DNA of 64,000 bases. It comes from a virus. The notes below the pieces were generated by a model that had not been told where the DNA came from, did not search any database, and saw nothing but the letters and a program-made list of their open reading frames with translations. The stretch spans positions 26,972 through 90,971 of IMG/VR virus record IMGVR_UViG_3300017987_000063; one strand, written 5' to 3'. Position numbers and translations under genes: made by a program. Positions 32,018-42,019 of the stretch are shown piece after piece (the first letter of the stretch is position 1; each line of letters starts with the position of its first letter).

Positions 32018-33286
32018 TTAATCGTTCATCCATATAAGGACGCGCAGCCCAAAGGCTTCCACCACACCCGCATTAAGGCGGGCAATAGCATCCCTATGGG
32101 ATTCGTCATCCTGTACTGCTGAAACCCCCGACACCACCTCGCTTGGCCCTGCGGAATAGGTTAAATTTCCATAGCGGGCATCGTGATCCGCCACCGCTGC
32201 CGATGGAGGGGTAATTGTATCCGGCATATTGGATAGCTTATCGTGCGGGATGGTCAACTCAACCGCATCAGGATTAAGCGTACCATCGGGCATGATAACT
32301 CCATCCGTCACCGGTAAGCCGGTATAAGGGTCATACGTCCGATAAATCCGCTCCTCCAGCGAGGACATAAGCCCACGAGCGATCTCAATTTCAGGGCTGG
32401 AGCCAAACCACGGGTCTCGCAGGTCGGTTACCATAGCCGCCGAAATGTTGGGGTCGCCATCATCCCTATCAATCTGCGCGAGCGGCACTATGTAATGGAG
32501 GTTGCCCTGCGTGTCCACATAATCGGCGGGAATAGAGCCATCTTCAATAACCCTCACCCACTGAATGACCTTTAACCGCCGAGCAGACTCTATACCGGTT
32601 CCCACAGGATGAAGCAGGTCGGGGTCTTCCGTGGCATTCCACTCCATAACGTGAACGTCCAAGTAGGCATAATCTGTCCTATCGCTGCCCACCGGGGTCG
32701 TAAGCCCTATCCTGTAGTAATCGCCCACCGCCGCGACTGTGGTATGGTCTCCTGCTGTGGTAATGCTGGTCGCCGTGTTGGAGATAATCGTAAACCCTGT
32801 TGCGCTGTCCACATTCGGGTAAAGTGTCCGGCCCACAAGCTCGTTGACCTGCCACTTGCCGTTAATATCCGTCAAGGTAAGCGCATCGAGGCCAGTAGAC
32901 TTGTGGAAAATCTCGTCCTTGAACTGCGCTGCTACCGGCGGGGTCGGAGCAAACTCCCTGTCGGCGGTAAGGATAACATGCAGACCATCCGCCCAACCAT
33001 GAGCATAAGTTTCAGGGTCACCGACCGATGCCGCCAGCCCATCTATGTTAAAATTATTGGGCAGCCCCGCGCCTATTATCTGGAAGGATGTGCTGAAAAA
33101 CTTTCGGCCTGTAGCCCTCTGAAGAGCACGTTGAAGCTGATGGAATAGCGTCTCAGCGGCATCGTTGGCATCGCGGTCAATGGCCTCCTTGCCTTGCTGC
33201 TGGAGCTTGCCTAGATACCGCTTTCGCTCGTCGAAAATGTTACCGCTGTAATAACCATTCCTGTCCGCGCCGTGTTGGTTGCTCAT
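32018..33286 (-). CDS. Tail fibre attachment protein (DUF6519-like N-terminus)
   Basis: FDERKRY....QQGK...D.D.N and RTDYAYLDV..E....DPDL motifs. Confidence 0.65.
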   Translation of the reverse strand: MSNQHGADRNGYYSGNIFDERKRYLGKLQQQGKEAIDRDANDAAETLFHQLQRALQRATGRKFFSTSFQIIGAGLPNNFNIDGLAASVGDPETYAHGWADGLHVILTADREFAPTPPVAAQFKDEIFHKSTGLDALTLTDINGKWQVNELVGRTLYPNVDSATGFTIISNTATSITTAGDHTTVAAVGDYYRIGLTTPVGSDRTDYAYLDVHVMEWNATEDPDLLHPVGTGIESARRLKVIQWVRVIEDGSIPADYVDTQGNLHYIVPLAQIDRDDGDPNISAAMVTDLRDPWFGSSPEIEIARGLMSSLEERIYRTYDPYTGLPVTDGVIMPDGTLNPDAVELTIPHDKLSNMPDTITPPSAAVADHDARYGNLTYSAGPSEVVSGVSAVQDDESHRDAIARLNAGVVEAFGLRVLIWMND

Positions 33287-33498
33287 TGAAACCTCCTATT
33301 ATCCGCGTCTGCCTTTTCCTCCACCGCGTCCACCGCCTCTTCCTCCGCCGGGGCCTCCACGGGAGCATCCGCCGGTATTACGACCACCCCTTCTGCCGCC
33401 AACCATACCAACGCCCCTGCCTCTGCCATCTCTTGGTCTTGCCTGTCCTCTCGGATTCCTTGTTGCAGTAGCCATTTTTTAACTCCTTCCGCAATCAC
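33283..33498 (-). CDS. Small acidic hypothetical protein
   Basis: Tiles in the tail operon. Confidence 0.5.
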   Translation of the reverse strand: MIAEGVKKWLLQQGIREDRQDQEMAEAGALVWLAAEGVVVIPADAPVEAPAEEEAVDAVEEKADADNRRFQ

Positions 33499-33504
33499 TT
33501 GCGT
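33489..33504. repeat. 16-bp quasi-palindrome, copy 5
   Basis: CCGCAATCACTTGCGT directly after the stop at 33505-33507. Confidence 0.8.
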
Positions 33505-35034
33505 TTAAGTAGGATATACCTGTCGCCATGCCGCGCCATCCTTTCCGAAAATGTACCAGAATACTGTCATCGGGACGAAATCCTTGAAATATTCTTCAAT
33601 TAACGCAAGCATATCCGCTGTTATATTAGTATAAGGTGTGTTGAACCAAAAACCAATCGTGCGCGGTGTCCACTGCGCCCAAAGGGTAAAATCCATATAT
33701 CTCTCATAAGGGTCTGTCGGGGTATTAAGGAACTTCCACGGAGGAACCTGCGCCAGCCCCGCTGTAATATCAATATAAGTGCTGTTGACCACGTTGTAGC
33801 GCAGTAAGTTTTTTCTAAACTCCGTCACGATAGGCACCAGTCCTACAATGGCGGTGGCAAAGTCAATGGAACCCTGCAAAGTCCCGCGAATCTGGTATAA
33901 GAATATCGCGTTACGAATTAAAAACCGCTGGCGGGCGATGCTTAGGCTTGGAATAAGCCGCAGGCCGACATACTGCGCCAGCAGCGGCAGATGGTTAACG
34001 CGGACATTGTCCACATCGTAAAACGTCCCGAAATACTCAATAAGCTCCCGAATAGAGCCGAATTCCAGCCCAAAGAGCTTTAAAAACCGGTAAAGCTGGC
34101 CATGCGCATCCGTATCCTCGTCCCAGTTATACTGCTCATCCAGCGGGCCGACCAAAGGCTCAAGCAGCTTTTGAAGCGTGCCCACGTCCTTATTCCGGTA
34201 AAGCTCTGCCAGCCGATGCCAGAGCCTTAAATGGTAATCGCCGCCGTCCAGCGCGGTCTCGAATATCTTGGAAAAATCATCAGAGTAATCATTACCTGCG
34301 GCCACCACGAAGGCATGATAATAGTAGGTCTGTCCACCATCCACCGCTAAATCAGAGAAGTAATACCCCGTGCCGCTGTAAACCTCAATTCCATCCGTTA
34401 TGAGTGCAGGGTAATCCAGAACGGCCCTCCGCACCTTTATTTCATAGTCAATAAGAATTTGAAAATAGCAATCCTTCGTATTATCCTCGTGCCAGACAAG
34501 AGCCCCATCCCTGTATAGTAAAACTCCAACATCTGCGCCCACATCCACCGAGGACACCGCACCCACGTAAGCGGGATTGGTAATTGTGCCAAGCCCCTCC
34601 ATGATAAAGGCATAGTCAGTGCCGGGGGTCAAGCTCACCGATGGCGAAAAGGTAAAGACAAACTCAGGAACATTTGCCCATGGAGTAATGGCGGGCAATA
34701 GACTTAACCAGTATGCTTCGTTCGTGGCATCGGCCAGCTTAACAGTAGGGACACCCGCTACCACTGTCCAGACCGAAAGATGCATTCTATTGTCCGGCAA
34801 AATCGTCCCATAACCAGCCTTTAATTTAACCGCCACAGCGTTAATATCTACGGAATCAAACACCTGAAACTTTTGCCCCAGCCGGTCTATTACCCCCGTT
34901 ATAGGAAATTGGTAATCCATATCCGCGATAAGCTGCTTCAAATAGGCATTATCATAGGAATCCCACTGGAGCAGTAATTGCGGGCCTTCATAACCTCGCT
35001 TAATCTGGAGGTTCTGTATGGCTTGGACAGTCAC
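33505..35034 (-). CDS. Baseplate wedge / P2 gpI-like tail protein
   Basis: LPLLAQYVGL...QRFLIRNAIFLYQIRGT; follows gpJ. Confidence 0.75.
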   Translation of the reverse strand: MTVQAIQNLQIKRGYEGPQLLLQWDSYDNAYLKQLIADMDYQFPITGVIDRLGQKFQVFDSVDINAVAVKLKAGYGTILPDNRMHLSVWTVVAGVPTVKLADATNEAYWLSLLPAITPWANVPEFVFTFSPSVSLTPGTDYAFIMEGLGTITNPAYVGAVSSVDVGADVGVLLYRDGALVWHEDNTKDCYFQILIDYEIKVRRAVLDYPALITDGIEVYSGTGYYFSDLAVDGGQTYYYHAFVVAAGNDYSDDFSKIFETALDGGDYHLRLWHRLAELYRNKDVGTLQKLLEPLVGPLDEQYNWDEDTDAHGQLYRFLKLFGLEFGSIRELIEYFGTFYDVDNVRVNHLPLLAQYVGLRLIPSLSIARQRFLIRNAIFLYQIRGTLQGSIDFATAIVGLVPIVTEFRKNLLRYNVVNSTYIDITAGLAQVPPWKFLNTPTDPYERYMDFTLWAQWTPRTIGFWFNTPYTNITADMLALIEEYFKDFVPMTVFWYIFGKDGAAWRQVYPT

Positions 35035-36722
35035 TACACGCCTCCAATATAAGTCAGGGTAACGGTTCCTCTTACCCCTACCTCAGTCGGCAGCACATCC
35101 ACGCTTCCCAGCAGATCGCTCACCCTGAACTGGGCTATATCGCCCAGCGACATGGGAGATGTTCCAGAATTAAGCGTAAAAGATACCTCCCCGCCATCCG
35201 AGGCATACGGGGTATCCAGCGTTCCGGTCGCCGCCTGCAGGCCCGAAACCGATCCACGCACATTAAAATCAGTCGGATTGATAAAGCGAACTTCCCATGT
35301 TTCCGCGATGGTCGTACTGGAAATCCCTATCGGGCCGAAATATGCATCCCCTGTCTTTACCCGCCAATCCACTCGCGGCACCATTGTGAGCTTGGAAAGC
35401 TCCACAAAATCCACGCCCCGCACATTCTCCATCATGGCAAAAACATCGCCAATCCTTATATCGCCACGCGGGTTATCCTCTTCCCCGAAAGGTCGCAGAG
35501 CGGGATCAAAGTAATTTTCCACCGCATCTTCCACAGCCACAACCACCGCCGATTGAAGATACTGCGATAAAACATGCACCTCAGCCGTCAAGTCAACGGT
35601 CACCTCATTGGCCGAGAACACTTCCACGCCATCGCTGGCCATGCGGAAGGTATCAAGCTGGCTCAAAACATAGGCAAGGAGCGCAGGAGAGGCCGTTCCG
35701 CCGCCTGTAGGCACGATATAGATGTGGATTAAGGCTATGCCCGCAAGTATCGCCTGTGCCTTTTCTACGCCCGCGATGGCCTCTGTTAAACCTTGATAAT
35801 CGTCCAGCGTAACCGCCCGCTTCAGGGACTTTAACTCCAACGGGCCTCTTGCCTTAGCCGTCCGAATATCCTCCCTGTCCTCGCCCCCTGTCGCCCGCAC
35901 GGGGTTGGTAACCTGTACCGGCGGGGAAATGGTGTCCAGCACCACGCGGATAGCCCCGATGCCCACGTTTCCTGAAACCCCGCCTCCCACGCGCCCATTA
36001 AAAGTCAGAGTCGCACCGGAAGCGGGTATTTTACCATTGATTCCATCCCCGAATTCTATGGTAATCAGGTCATCCTCGTCCCGCGTTACCGCAAAAACCT
36101 CATCGGAAGGCCCCGCAAGAGCCAGAGATTCCACCGCCGTCCATTCGGTAATATCTACCAGCACGCTCCAACTGTCGTCAATTACAGGGGTTAAAGCTAT
36201 CGGAAATTTCTGAAACTGTGTCCCATCGCTCGTTCCCATCGCCTCGGTCTTTGTCTCCCCTTGTGTAGCCGCAACTTCCGGCGACGTAAGCTGGCCGGTC
36301 GGAATATCAACATCCTCATCCGTCTCGAACACAATCTGTGCCCCTGCCCCTGCTGTGGCTATTCTAGTCCCTTCTGGAATGGTCAAATCGTACCCCAAAG
36401 GCGAAGAAATGGAGAATATCACGTTTACCCGCGCAGGTTGTGCGCTTTTTAGCCGAATTCCTATTAACTGGAGCAGCAGCCTAACCGCCCTGCGGCTTAA
36501 TGCCGTCTCCAAATAACACTCATTGGCCTGCCTGTCAATATACCAATGGAGTACGTCCGCCATGCCCGCAAAAAGCTCTATCAATACGATGCCGAAATCA
36601 TCGGGATTGTGGTCTGTCCACTCGTCAATATAAAACTGTATCCGGCTTATAATATCATCCCGAATGCTCTCATAATCGCGGGTATCATAAGCCAAGACTG
36701 GGGTTACAAAGTCTTCAGCCAT
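35034..36722 (-). CDS. Baseplate J-like wedge protein
   Basis: YDTRDYESI...WTDHNPDDFG...ATGGEDRE...RAVTLDDY. Confidence 0.9.
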   Translation of the reverse strand: MAEDFVTPVLAYDTRDYESIRDDIISRIQFYIDEWTDHNPDDFGIVLIELFAGMADVLHWYIDRQANECYLETALSRRAVRLLLQLIGIRLKSAQPARVNVIFSISSPLGYDLTIPEGTRIATAGAGAQIVFETDEDVDIPTGQLTSPEVAATQGETKTEAMGTSDGTQFQKFPIALTPVIDDSWSVLVDITEWTAVESLALAGPSDEVFAVTRDEDDLITIEFGDGINGKIPASGATLTFNGRVGGGVSGNVGIGAIRVVLDTISPPVQVTNPVRATGGEDREDIRTAKARGPLELKSLKRAVTLDDYQGLTEAIAGVEKAQAILAGIALIHIYIVPTGGGTASPALLAYVLSQLDTFRMASDGVEVFSANEVTVDLTAEVHVLSQYLQSAVVVAVEDAVENYFDPALRPFGEEDNPRGDIRIGDVFAMMENVRGVDFVELSKLTMVPRVDWRVKTGDAYFGPIGISSTTIAETWEVRFINPTDFNVRGSVSGLQAATGTLDTPYASDGGEVSFTLNSGTSPMSLGDIAQFRVSDLLGSVDVLPTEVGVRGTVTLTYIGGV

Positions 36723-37189
36723 TATTCGCCTCCTGTAACTGGAATCACGGCTACTCCTTCATTTACATAAAAAGGAAATACCTCGCTGCCCTGCTCATAA
36801 GTTGCCCGAATAAGGTAATCGGCAATAATCCTAACGACACCCTTATAAACATCCGCATTTATATCTACATTCAGCAACTCCACGCGAGGTTCCCAGTCCT
36901 CTATTCCCGCGCCCACATAATAACTTAAAAGGGCAAGCAGGGTATCGTCCAGCGGATCAAATATCAGATCATGCAGTCTGGTTCCAAACTCAGGCCGGAA
37001 AAACCGCTCGCCAAGTGCTGTAAGAACAAGCTGCTGAAGGGCTCCCGAAATATGCCGCCTTTGCCCCTCTTGAGAGGTCGTGCCATCCAACTGGTCGGAC
37101 GTATTGGCTACTCCACCGGTATTAGCGTTAATCTGGAAGGGAAACTTCCAGCCAACGCCCAAGTAATCCTTGTTATTCAGATTTGCCAT
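36722..37189 (-). CDS. gp25/GPW-like baseplate wedge protein
   Basis: LGVGWKFPF...T..GER..RPEFG...WEPRV. Confidence 0.9.
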   Translation of the reverse strand: MANLNNKDYLGVGWKFPFQINANTGGVANTSDQLDGTTSQEGQRRHISGALQQLVLTALGERFFRPEFGTRLHDLIFDPLDDTLLALLSYYVGAGIEDWEPRVELLNVDINADVYKGVVRIIADYLIRATYEQGSEVFPFYVNEGVAVIPVTGGE

Positions 37190-37550
37190 AAGCGTTTACC
37201 ATTAAATCGTTGGCCAGTTTACGGGTCGCCGTGATAGCCTCAAGCTCCCTGTCCAGTTCCTGCCGCTTCTGTTTCAGCTTCTCCAACCCAAGCTCGGTCA
37301 ATGCCGCCTCAAGTTCTACCTTGCGCTTCCGCATAAGTTCGCGGAGAAGTAATCCAGCAGGCTCTCCATTAAGGGATGCCATATATGTTACCACATCGGT
37401 CAATTTTTCCCTTATCCGTCGCTCATCGCCCTCACGTCTGGTCACCTGTTTATCCACGTCCGAAAGAGCTTGTAACACGCGCCGCTCCATCTCTGGACTG
37501 GCCTCCTCCAGCATATCCGCCAATATTTTCTGTAAAACATCTTCCATCAT
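37173..37550 (-). CDS. Coiled-coil hypothetical protein
   Basis: Tiles in the baseplate operon. Confidence 0.65.
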   Translation of the reverse strand: MMEDVLQKILADMLEEASPEMERRVLQALSDVDKQVTRREGDERRIREKLTDVVTYMASLNGEPAGLLLRELMRKRKVELEAALTELGLEKLKQKRQELDRELEAITATRKLANDLMVNAYGKSE

Positions 37551-38515
37551 GCTAAAACTCCAAATATTCGCTCGAATTCGCTTACCCCCGGGCCGCCCGC
37601 TAAAAACACCGCGCCTGCCACATAATAAGTATCATCGAAGCCGGGCCTGTTTATAGACTCGTTCAAAGCTGTTTTAAATCCATCTACACCGCCAACCACG
37701 CCACTGTAAAGGGTATACACGTCTGAAATATCGAACAGGCTGTCCAGCGCGGTCGCTATATCTTCCAGAGCATCGGCGGTATCCTGCAGGTCGTCCACCT
37801 TGTTATTAATGGCTTCAACCATCGCGTCAATAAAATCCGAAATCTGCTGGCCGGGAAATAGCTTGGTCACCATATTTTCCAGATTTTTAAGGGCATTGTC
37901 CAGCCCCGGAAATACGTTTCCAACAGTCTTTTTGCTCCAGTCCGGTTTCCGGCCATAACATGTTCGCGCCAGAACTGGTGGAGGCTCATCCTTCTCAGGA
38001 TCGGTCTGCCATTTCAACTTCTTGAACTCGGTAATATCCACCAACGCCCCGAATTTTTCAAGAAATGTCGTAAATAAGTCGGCCAGATTGGGGGCTCCTG
38101 CCACAATAACCACGCCCGCTACATTTGCCCCGCTACTAAAAACCGGCCTATCTGTGTCTACAATATCGTCAAAAGATAAAACTACCTTATCGAGAAACTG
38201 CTGTAACCCATTTGGCTCCCTGTAAGAAGGCACTACCGGAAGCAAGTATGCCCCCGCCGTCCGTAGATCACCAATAAAATCGGTCACCGCATCCACGAAG
38301 CTTTGAATAATTGCGATAACGGGATCGGAAAAAGCTATGATAAAAGCCGAAAGGGTATCAATTATGGTGGCAGCCGTGTCCAGTATTTCGGCCACCGCCG
38401 ATACCAATCCAGCGGCTTCGCTCGCTAAATCCTTAACCTCGCTTGGAACCAGCTTATCGAGGTTCTGTTTTTTCCAACTCACGGGCGACATTTTTCTTAA
38501 TTTCCTCGGCGGCAA
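37547..38515 (-). CDS. Helical baseplate-region protein with an internal duplication
   Basis: Two similar halves ending VAGVVIVAGAP and VAGAVFLAGGP. Confidence 0.65.
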   Translation of the reverse strand: MPPRKLRKMSPVSWKKQNLDKLVPSEVKDLASEAAGLVSAVAEILDTAATIIDTLSAFIIAFSDPVIAIIQSFVDAVTDFIGDLRTAGAYLLPVVPSYREPNGLQQFLDKVVLSFDDIVDTDRPVFSSGANVAGVVIVAGAPNLADLFTTFLEKFGALVDITEFKKLKWQTDPEKDEPPPVLARTCYGRKPDWSKKTVGNVFPGLDNALKNLENMVTKLFPGQQISDFIDAMVEAINNKVDDLQDTADALEDIATALDSLFDISDVYTLYSGVVGGVDGFKTALNESINRPGFDDTYYVAGAVFLAGGPGVSEFERIFGVLA

Positions 38516-38569
38516 ACTTTCGCTTTTCCGCCTCTTTTCTCAACTCTTTAGCTATCTCGCGAGCCATCT

Positions 38570-38585
38570 GCGCAATCACTTGCGC
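38570..38585. repeat. 16-bp quasi-palindrome, copy 6
   Basis: Exact copy inside a small unlisted ORF starting at 38630, encoding AQVIA. Confidence 0.85.
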
Positions 38586-38626
38586 TCTCTTGGCTAATGG
38601 GGTCTTATTTAAGGGCACCCAGTCGC

Positions 38627-39778
38627 TCATATCGCAAACACGCTCCTTGATGTATGAATACCGGGTATCATTGGAGCAAGCGGAGGCCCCGTAACTCCTG
38701 AAGCGGGGTCGCTGTGCACATGGGTATTATAAAGCAGCGAAAAGGCCAGCCCAAGAATAACAGGCTCAAAGGCCAATTTACTGCCTAACTGAACGATTAA
38801 ACCCTCCAACGTAACAGAGCCTGCCAAAGCCTTCAATAGGATATTTCCAAGCAGAACTGTTATCTCTTTCCCGTAACTGGCCAGCCCCGCATTTCCGATA
38901 AGCTCCTGCGACCGCTCCACTATCATAATATCCTGCCTGCTGGCCGCCACAAGCTGCCACGGGCCTACTATTTTCTGCGATAGGCCGCCCCGAACTTCCT
39001 GATTATACTCCCCGCCAATGCGCTCCTCTTTTGCCCCCGCATAATCGCTTATCACCACAGGCCCTTGATAATTTTCCTGCACCGTATCCTTCAAGGTAAT
39101 AAGGGTCTTACCTGTAACAGTCGCCTGCACATCCTTGCGCCATTCATATTCCGCAGAATCGTCCACGGACTGAACTTGCTTGCGGTGGACGTGCTTAATA
39201 TCATCCCCCTCAACCAGTACGGACTGATTCTGCGCCGAAATTCGTATGCTCCCATCGTCCACTATCTCGATAACAGTACCGGACTTGTGGTACACCATGA
39301 GCCGCTCATTGCCATCGGTATCGTCAATCTCCAAGCGGTGTCCGCTCGCAGATTCGTAAACCTTATTCTGGCCGTATGCCGCATTAAAGGCCGATGGTGG
39401 GTCTTGAATCACCCTGCCGGAAGGCAAACTCGCCGTATCCGTCCCCCTCGGCATCAGCACGGACTCATCGGTATCGTCTCCACGCGCCAGCTTGGACGCG
39501 GGCTTTAGCCCTGTAGCCGCGCTTGGCAGACATCCTACCCACACTGGCCTGTTTACCTCGCCATTTTCAAACTCAACCCATACCATCGCGCCGATTTCCG
39601 GTATGCGGGTCGATTTAGGATCAACAAAGCAGGGCAAAGCCCAGTTAGACTCAAGGTCTCCCAGCACTTCCGGAATTTTGACCTTCAGTCTGCCCTGCTG
39701 CAAGGGATCATCCCGCCGAGTAACCTCGCCACGCCATTTCCCTATGAAGCGGGTAGTATCTCCATCCACATATTTCAA
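38627..39778 (-). CDS. Baseplate spike (gp5/gpV/VgrG-like OB fold plus beta helix)
   Basis: DDPLQQGRLKVKIP...WALPC...PEIGAMVWVEFENG, SGH..EIDD, and a C-terminal HxH. Confidence 0.88.
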   Translation of the reverse strand: MKYVDGDTTRFIGKWRGEVTRRDDPLQQGRLKVKIPEVLGDLESNWALPCFVDPKSTRIPEIGAMVWVEFENGEVNRPVWVGCLPSAATGLKPASKLARGDDTDESVLMPRGTDTASLPSGRVIQDPPSAFNAAYGQNKVYESASGHRLEIDDTDGNERLMVYHKSGTVIEIVDDGSIRISAQNQSVLVEGDDIKHVHRKQVQSVDDSAEYEWRKDVQATVTGKTLITLKDTVQENYQGPVVISDYAGAKEERIGGEYNQEVRGGLSQKIVGPWQLVAASRQDIMIVERSQELIGNAGLASYGKEITVLLGNILLKALAGSVTLEGLIVQLGSKLAFEPVILGLAFSLLYNTHVHSDPASGVTGPPLAPMIPGIHTSRSVFAI

Positions 39779-41151
39779 TTAACCGTGCCCTCCCACTCTC
39801 CTGTGCGGGAGTTAAACTGATAAACATTATCCAAAGGCAAATTCTGTGGCACCTGTATATCCTTAATCTTAACCGGCTTTCCTGTATACCGAGCCTTCGC
39901 TGAAAAACTCGTAAAATACCCCTGTTCTGAAAATTCATGGGTTACTTCGTCCAGCAGATAAATCATACTGTAAAGGGAGCCGACCCCCCGAACCTCTATT
40001 GTCCTGCCCCGCCGTAAATATGGAATGCCATAGCACTTACCAGACACCTCAACCGTCTCCTTGCCAACACGCTCCATCGCGGTAAGGAGTTCCTGTGTCT
40101 CGGCGGGTATAGCTGTAAGCACCTTACCCACGAAAAGCTCCTCCGGTCTGGCATATTCTCCTGTTAAGGGGTTTACTGCCCACGGAAGCTCGCTTTGCTC
40201 TTGTGGCTCTCCTCCACGCTGTTGAATACTTTGTTCGGCTACGCGCTCTGGCGGGGTCTGGCTCTCTTCGGGGTCTTTTTTATACCCTTCGCCCTGATTG
40301 GTATCCACATTTTCCGCCTTTTTCTTGCGGCCTTTTTTCGTCTTTTCTGTGGCAGCCTGAAACTCCAATAGAGTGCCTTGCAAAGGGTCTTCCGGCCTGT
40401 ACTCCAGCACTATCGGGCCTCTGAAGTCTCGCGGAGGATGAAAGTGCAGGGTATTATTTTCGATATAAAAATCATATCCGTATAACTTAGCCAGCCGCTT
40501 TAGAAAATTTCCCTCCGATTCGCCTGCCCGAATCAACTCCGGATAAACGAAGGCGGTGTCCGCAACCTCTGCCTGCAAGCCGTAACGGGCTGCTATGAGG
40601 GTGGCTATATCGCTTGCCCGCGAACCATCATATCGCTCTGCTCCATCGCTTTGAGCAAAGGTAATCAGTTTGGTCTGCGCTTTTAAGGTCAACACGGAGC
40701 CTTCCGGCCTCCACTGGTGTTCAGCCTCCTTGATAAGATACTCCCCAAAATCCTGTACCGTAGAATTTGCATAGCCCAATACCGCTCTAACATAAGACCC
40801 CGGCTGTAAAAGCTCGCTGTCCACAAGCATATCATCAGGGTCAAAAAGGTTGATATCACATTCCGAGTCCTGTTTGGTCGCCTCGCTTATGTTTATGCTT
40901 GCCAAAACAGGCGATAAATCCAACTCGTCGAACGATGATACCGTACCGCTGCTTTGACCGGTTGTTGGCCTGCGTAAAAGAACTCCGCAAACCGGCGAAG
41001 CCAATATGCTTGGAGCAAATGTTAGCCCCTCTGGTGGATTTTCTTCCTGCGTATTCTGCCCACGCCTTCGTCCTCTGCCTTGTGGTTCATAACCAAAAAG
41101 CACCCAATTCATATCTTTTCTTATAGAATTCGATGTTTTTTTCGGAGCCAT
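39775..41151 (-). CDS. Baseplate hub (P2 gpD / gp27-like)
   Basis: ESEGNFLKRLAKLYGYDFYIENNTLHF and Y...EVTHEF...GY.T. Confidence 0.85.
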   Translation of the reverse strand: MAPKKTSNSIRKDMNWVLFGYEPQGRGRRRGQNTQEENPPEGLTFAPSILASPVCGVLLRRPTTGQSSGTVSSFDELDLSPVLASINISEATKQDSECDINLFDPDDMLVDSELLQPGSYVRAVLGYANSTVQDFGEYLIKEAEHQWRPEGSVLTLKAQTKLITFAQSDGAERYDGSRASDIATLIAARYGLQAEVADTAFVYPELIRAGESEGNFLKRLAKLYGYDFYIENNTLHFHPPRDFRGPIVLEYRPEDPLQGTLLEFQAATEKTKKGRKKKAENVDTNQGEGYKKDPEESQTPPERVAEQSIQQRGGEPQEQSELPWAVNPLTGEYARPEELFVGKVLTAIPAETQELLTAMERVGKETVEVSGKCYGIPYLRRGRTIEVRGVGSLYSMIYLLDEVTHEFSEQGYFTSFSAKARYTGKPVKIKDIQVPQNLPLDNVYQFNSRTGEWEGTVN

Positions 41152-41462
41152 TATCCTATCTCGTTAAAAACCTCAGTCAAGGGCATAATCAACTGCTGCC
41201 CCGGTATCAAATCATCAGGAAAATCCGTCAAGTCATTGACATCCGCAATCAACCACCATTTGCGGGCATTACCTCCAAACCTATTGGCCAACTCGTCCAG
41301 CCTGTCCCCTTCTTGAACGGTGTGAATATTAAAGCGGTCGTTCAAGTCCTCACGGGTAAACTTGCGCCGGGTATAGACAAAACGCCGTACCCGCCCATTC
41401 TCGTCCTCTAAACCAAGCATTCTGCCCTCTTGTGCATATCTCGAACCTATAAAAATAGCCAT
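41151..41462 (-). CDS. LysM / tail X-like baseplate protein
   Basis: HTVQEGDRLDELA.RF.G....WWLIADVN. Confidence 0.85.
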   Translation of the reverse strand: MAIFIGSRYAQEGRMLGLEDENGRVRRFVYTRRKFTREDLNDRFNIHTVQEGDRLDELANRFGGNARKWWLIADVNDLTDFPDDLIPGQQLIMPLTEVFNEIG

Positions 41463-42019
41463 TATGCTAATACTCCCGGCCTGAATTTTTTAAGTGTTAC
41501 CTCGGCAGTTGCCCTGATAGCCTCATGGGTTACCGGTTTAAAAAACATTCGCTCCACCTTGACGCTGCTGATAATACAAATCAAGCCCGGCTTCCGACCA
41601 TCGAACTTTATGTTTCCCCACAAAAAGAGCATGATTGGAGGCGCGGCCTTAAAAGAGAACTGGTTTACCCGTACCGGCACAGGCTCGCACGACCTCTGAA
41701 GGAACCGTATGGAATCCTCCACCGACATTGGGGGAATCCTATTACCGACCTTATATTCATCGAAGAAAAGCTCAAGCTCTATTTCCCGCACGCCGCCAGC
41801 CACAAACTGGTACACCGGATCGAGACCGCCAGGAATTGAAATTTCAGCCCATTCCACCTCCCGCGAATCATTCCACGAGCCGGGATTATAATGAAAAACA
41901 AGCTGTTCGCCTGCATTTGGCCCCGTTAATGCCACCAATCTAGCTCGCTGAGGGGTGTTTTTTACCGGCGGAATATAATTAGCTTTATCCGCCCCATCTC
42001 CACTATAGTTTTTCATCAT
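41462..42019 (-). CDS. Tail tube initiator (CIS tube-like)
   Basis: FHYNP...PG...P.YQFVAG...LFFD...PP...F.WG...RATAEVTL. Confidence 0.8.
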   Translation of the reverse strand: MMKNYSGDGADKANYIPPVKNTPQRARLVALTGPNAGEQLVFHYNPGSWNDSREVEWAEISIPGGLDPVYQFVAGGVREIELELFFDEYKVGNRIPPMSVEDSIRFLQRSCEPVPVRVNQFSFKAAPPIMLFLWGNIKFDGRKPGLICIISSVKVERMFFKPVTHEAIRATAEVTLKKFRPGVLA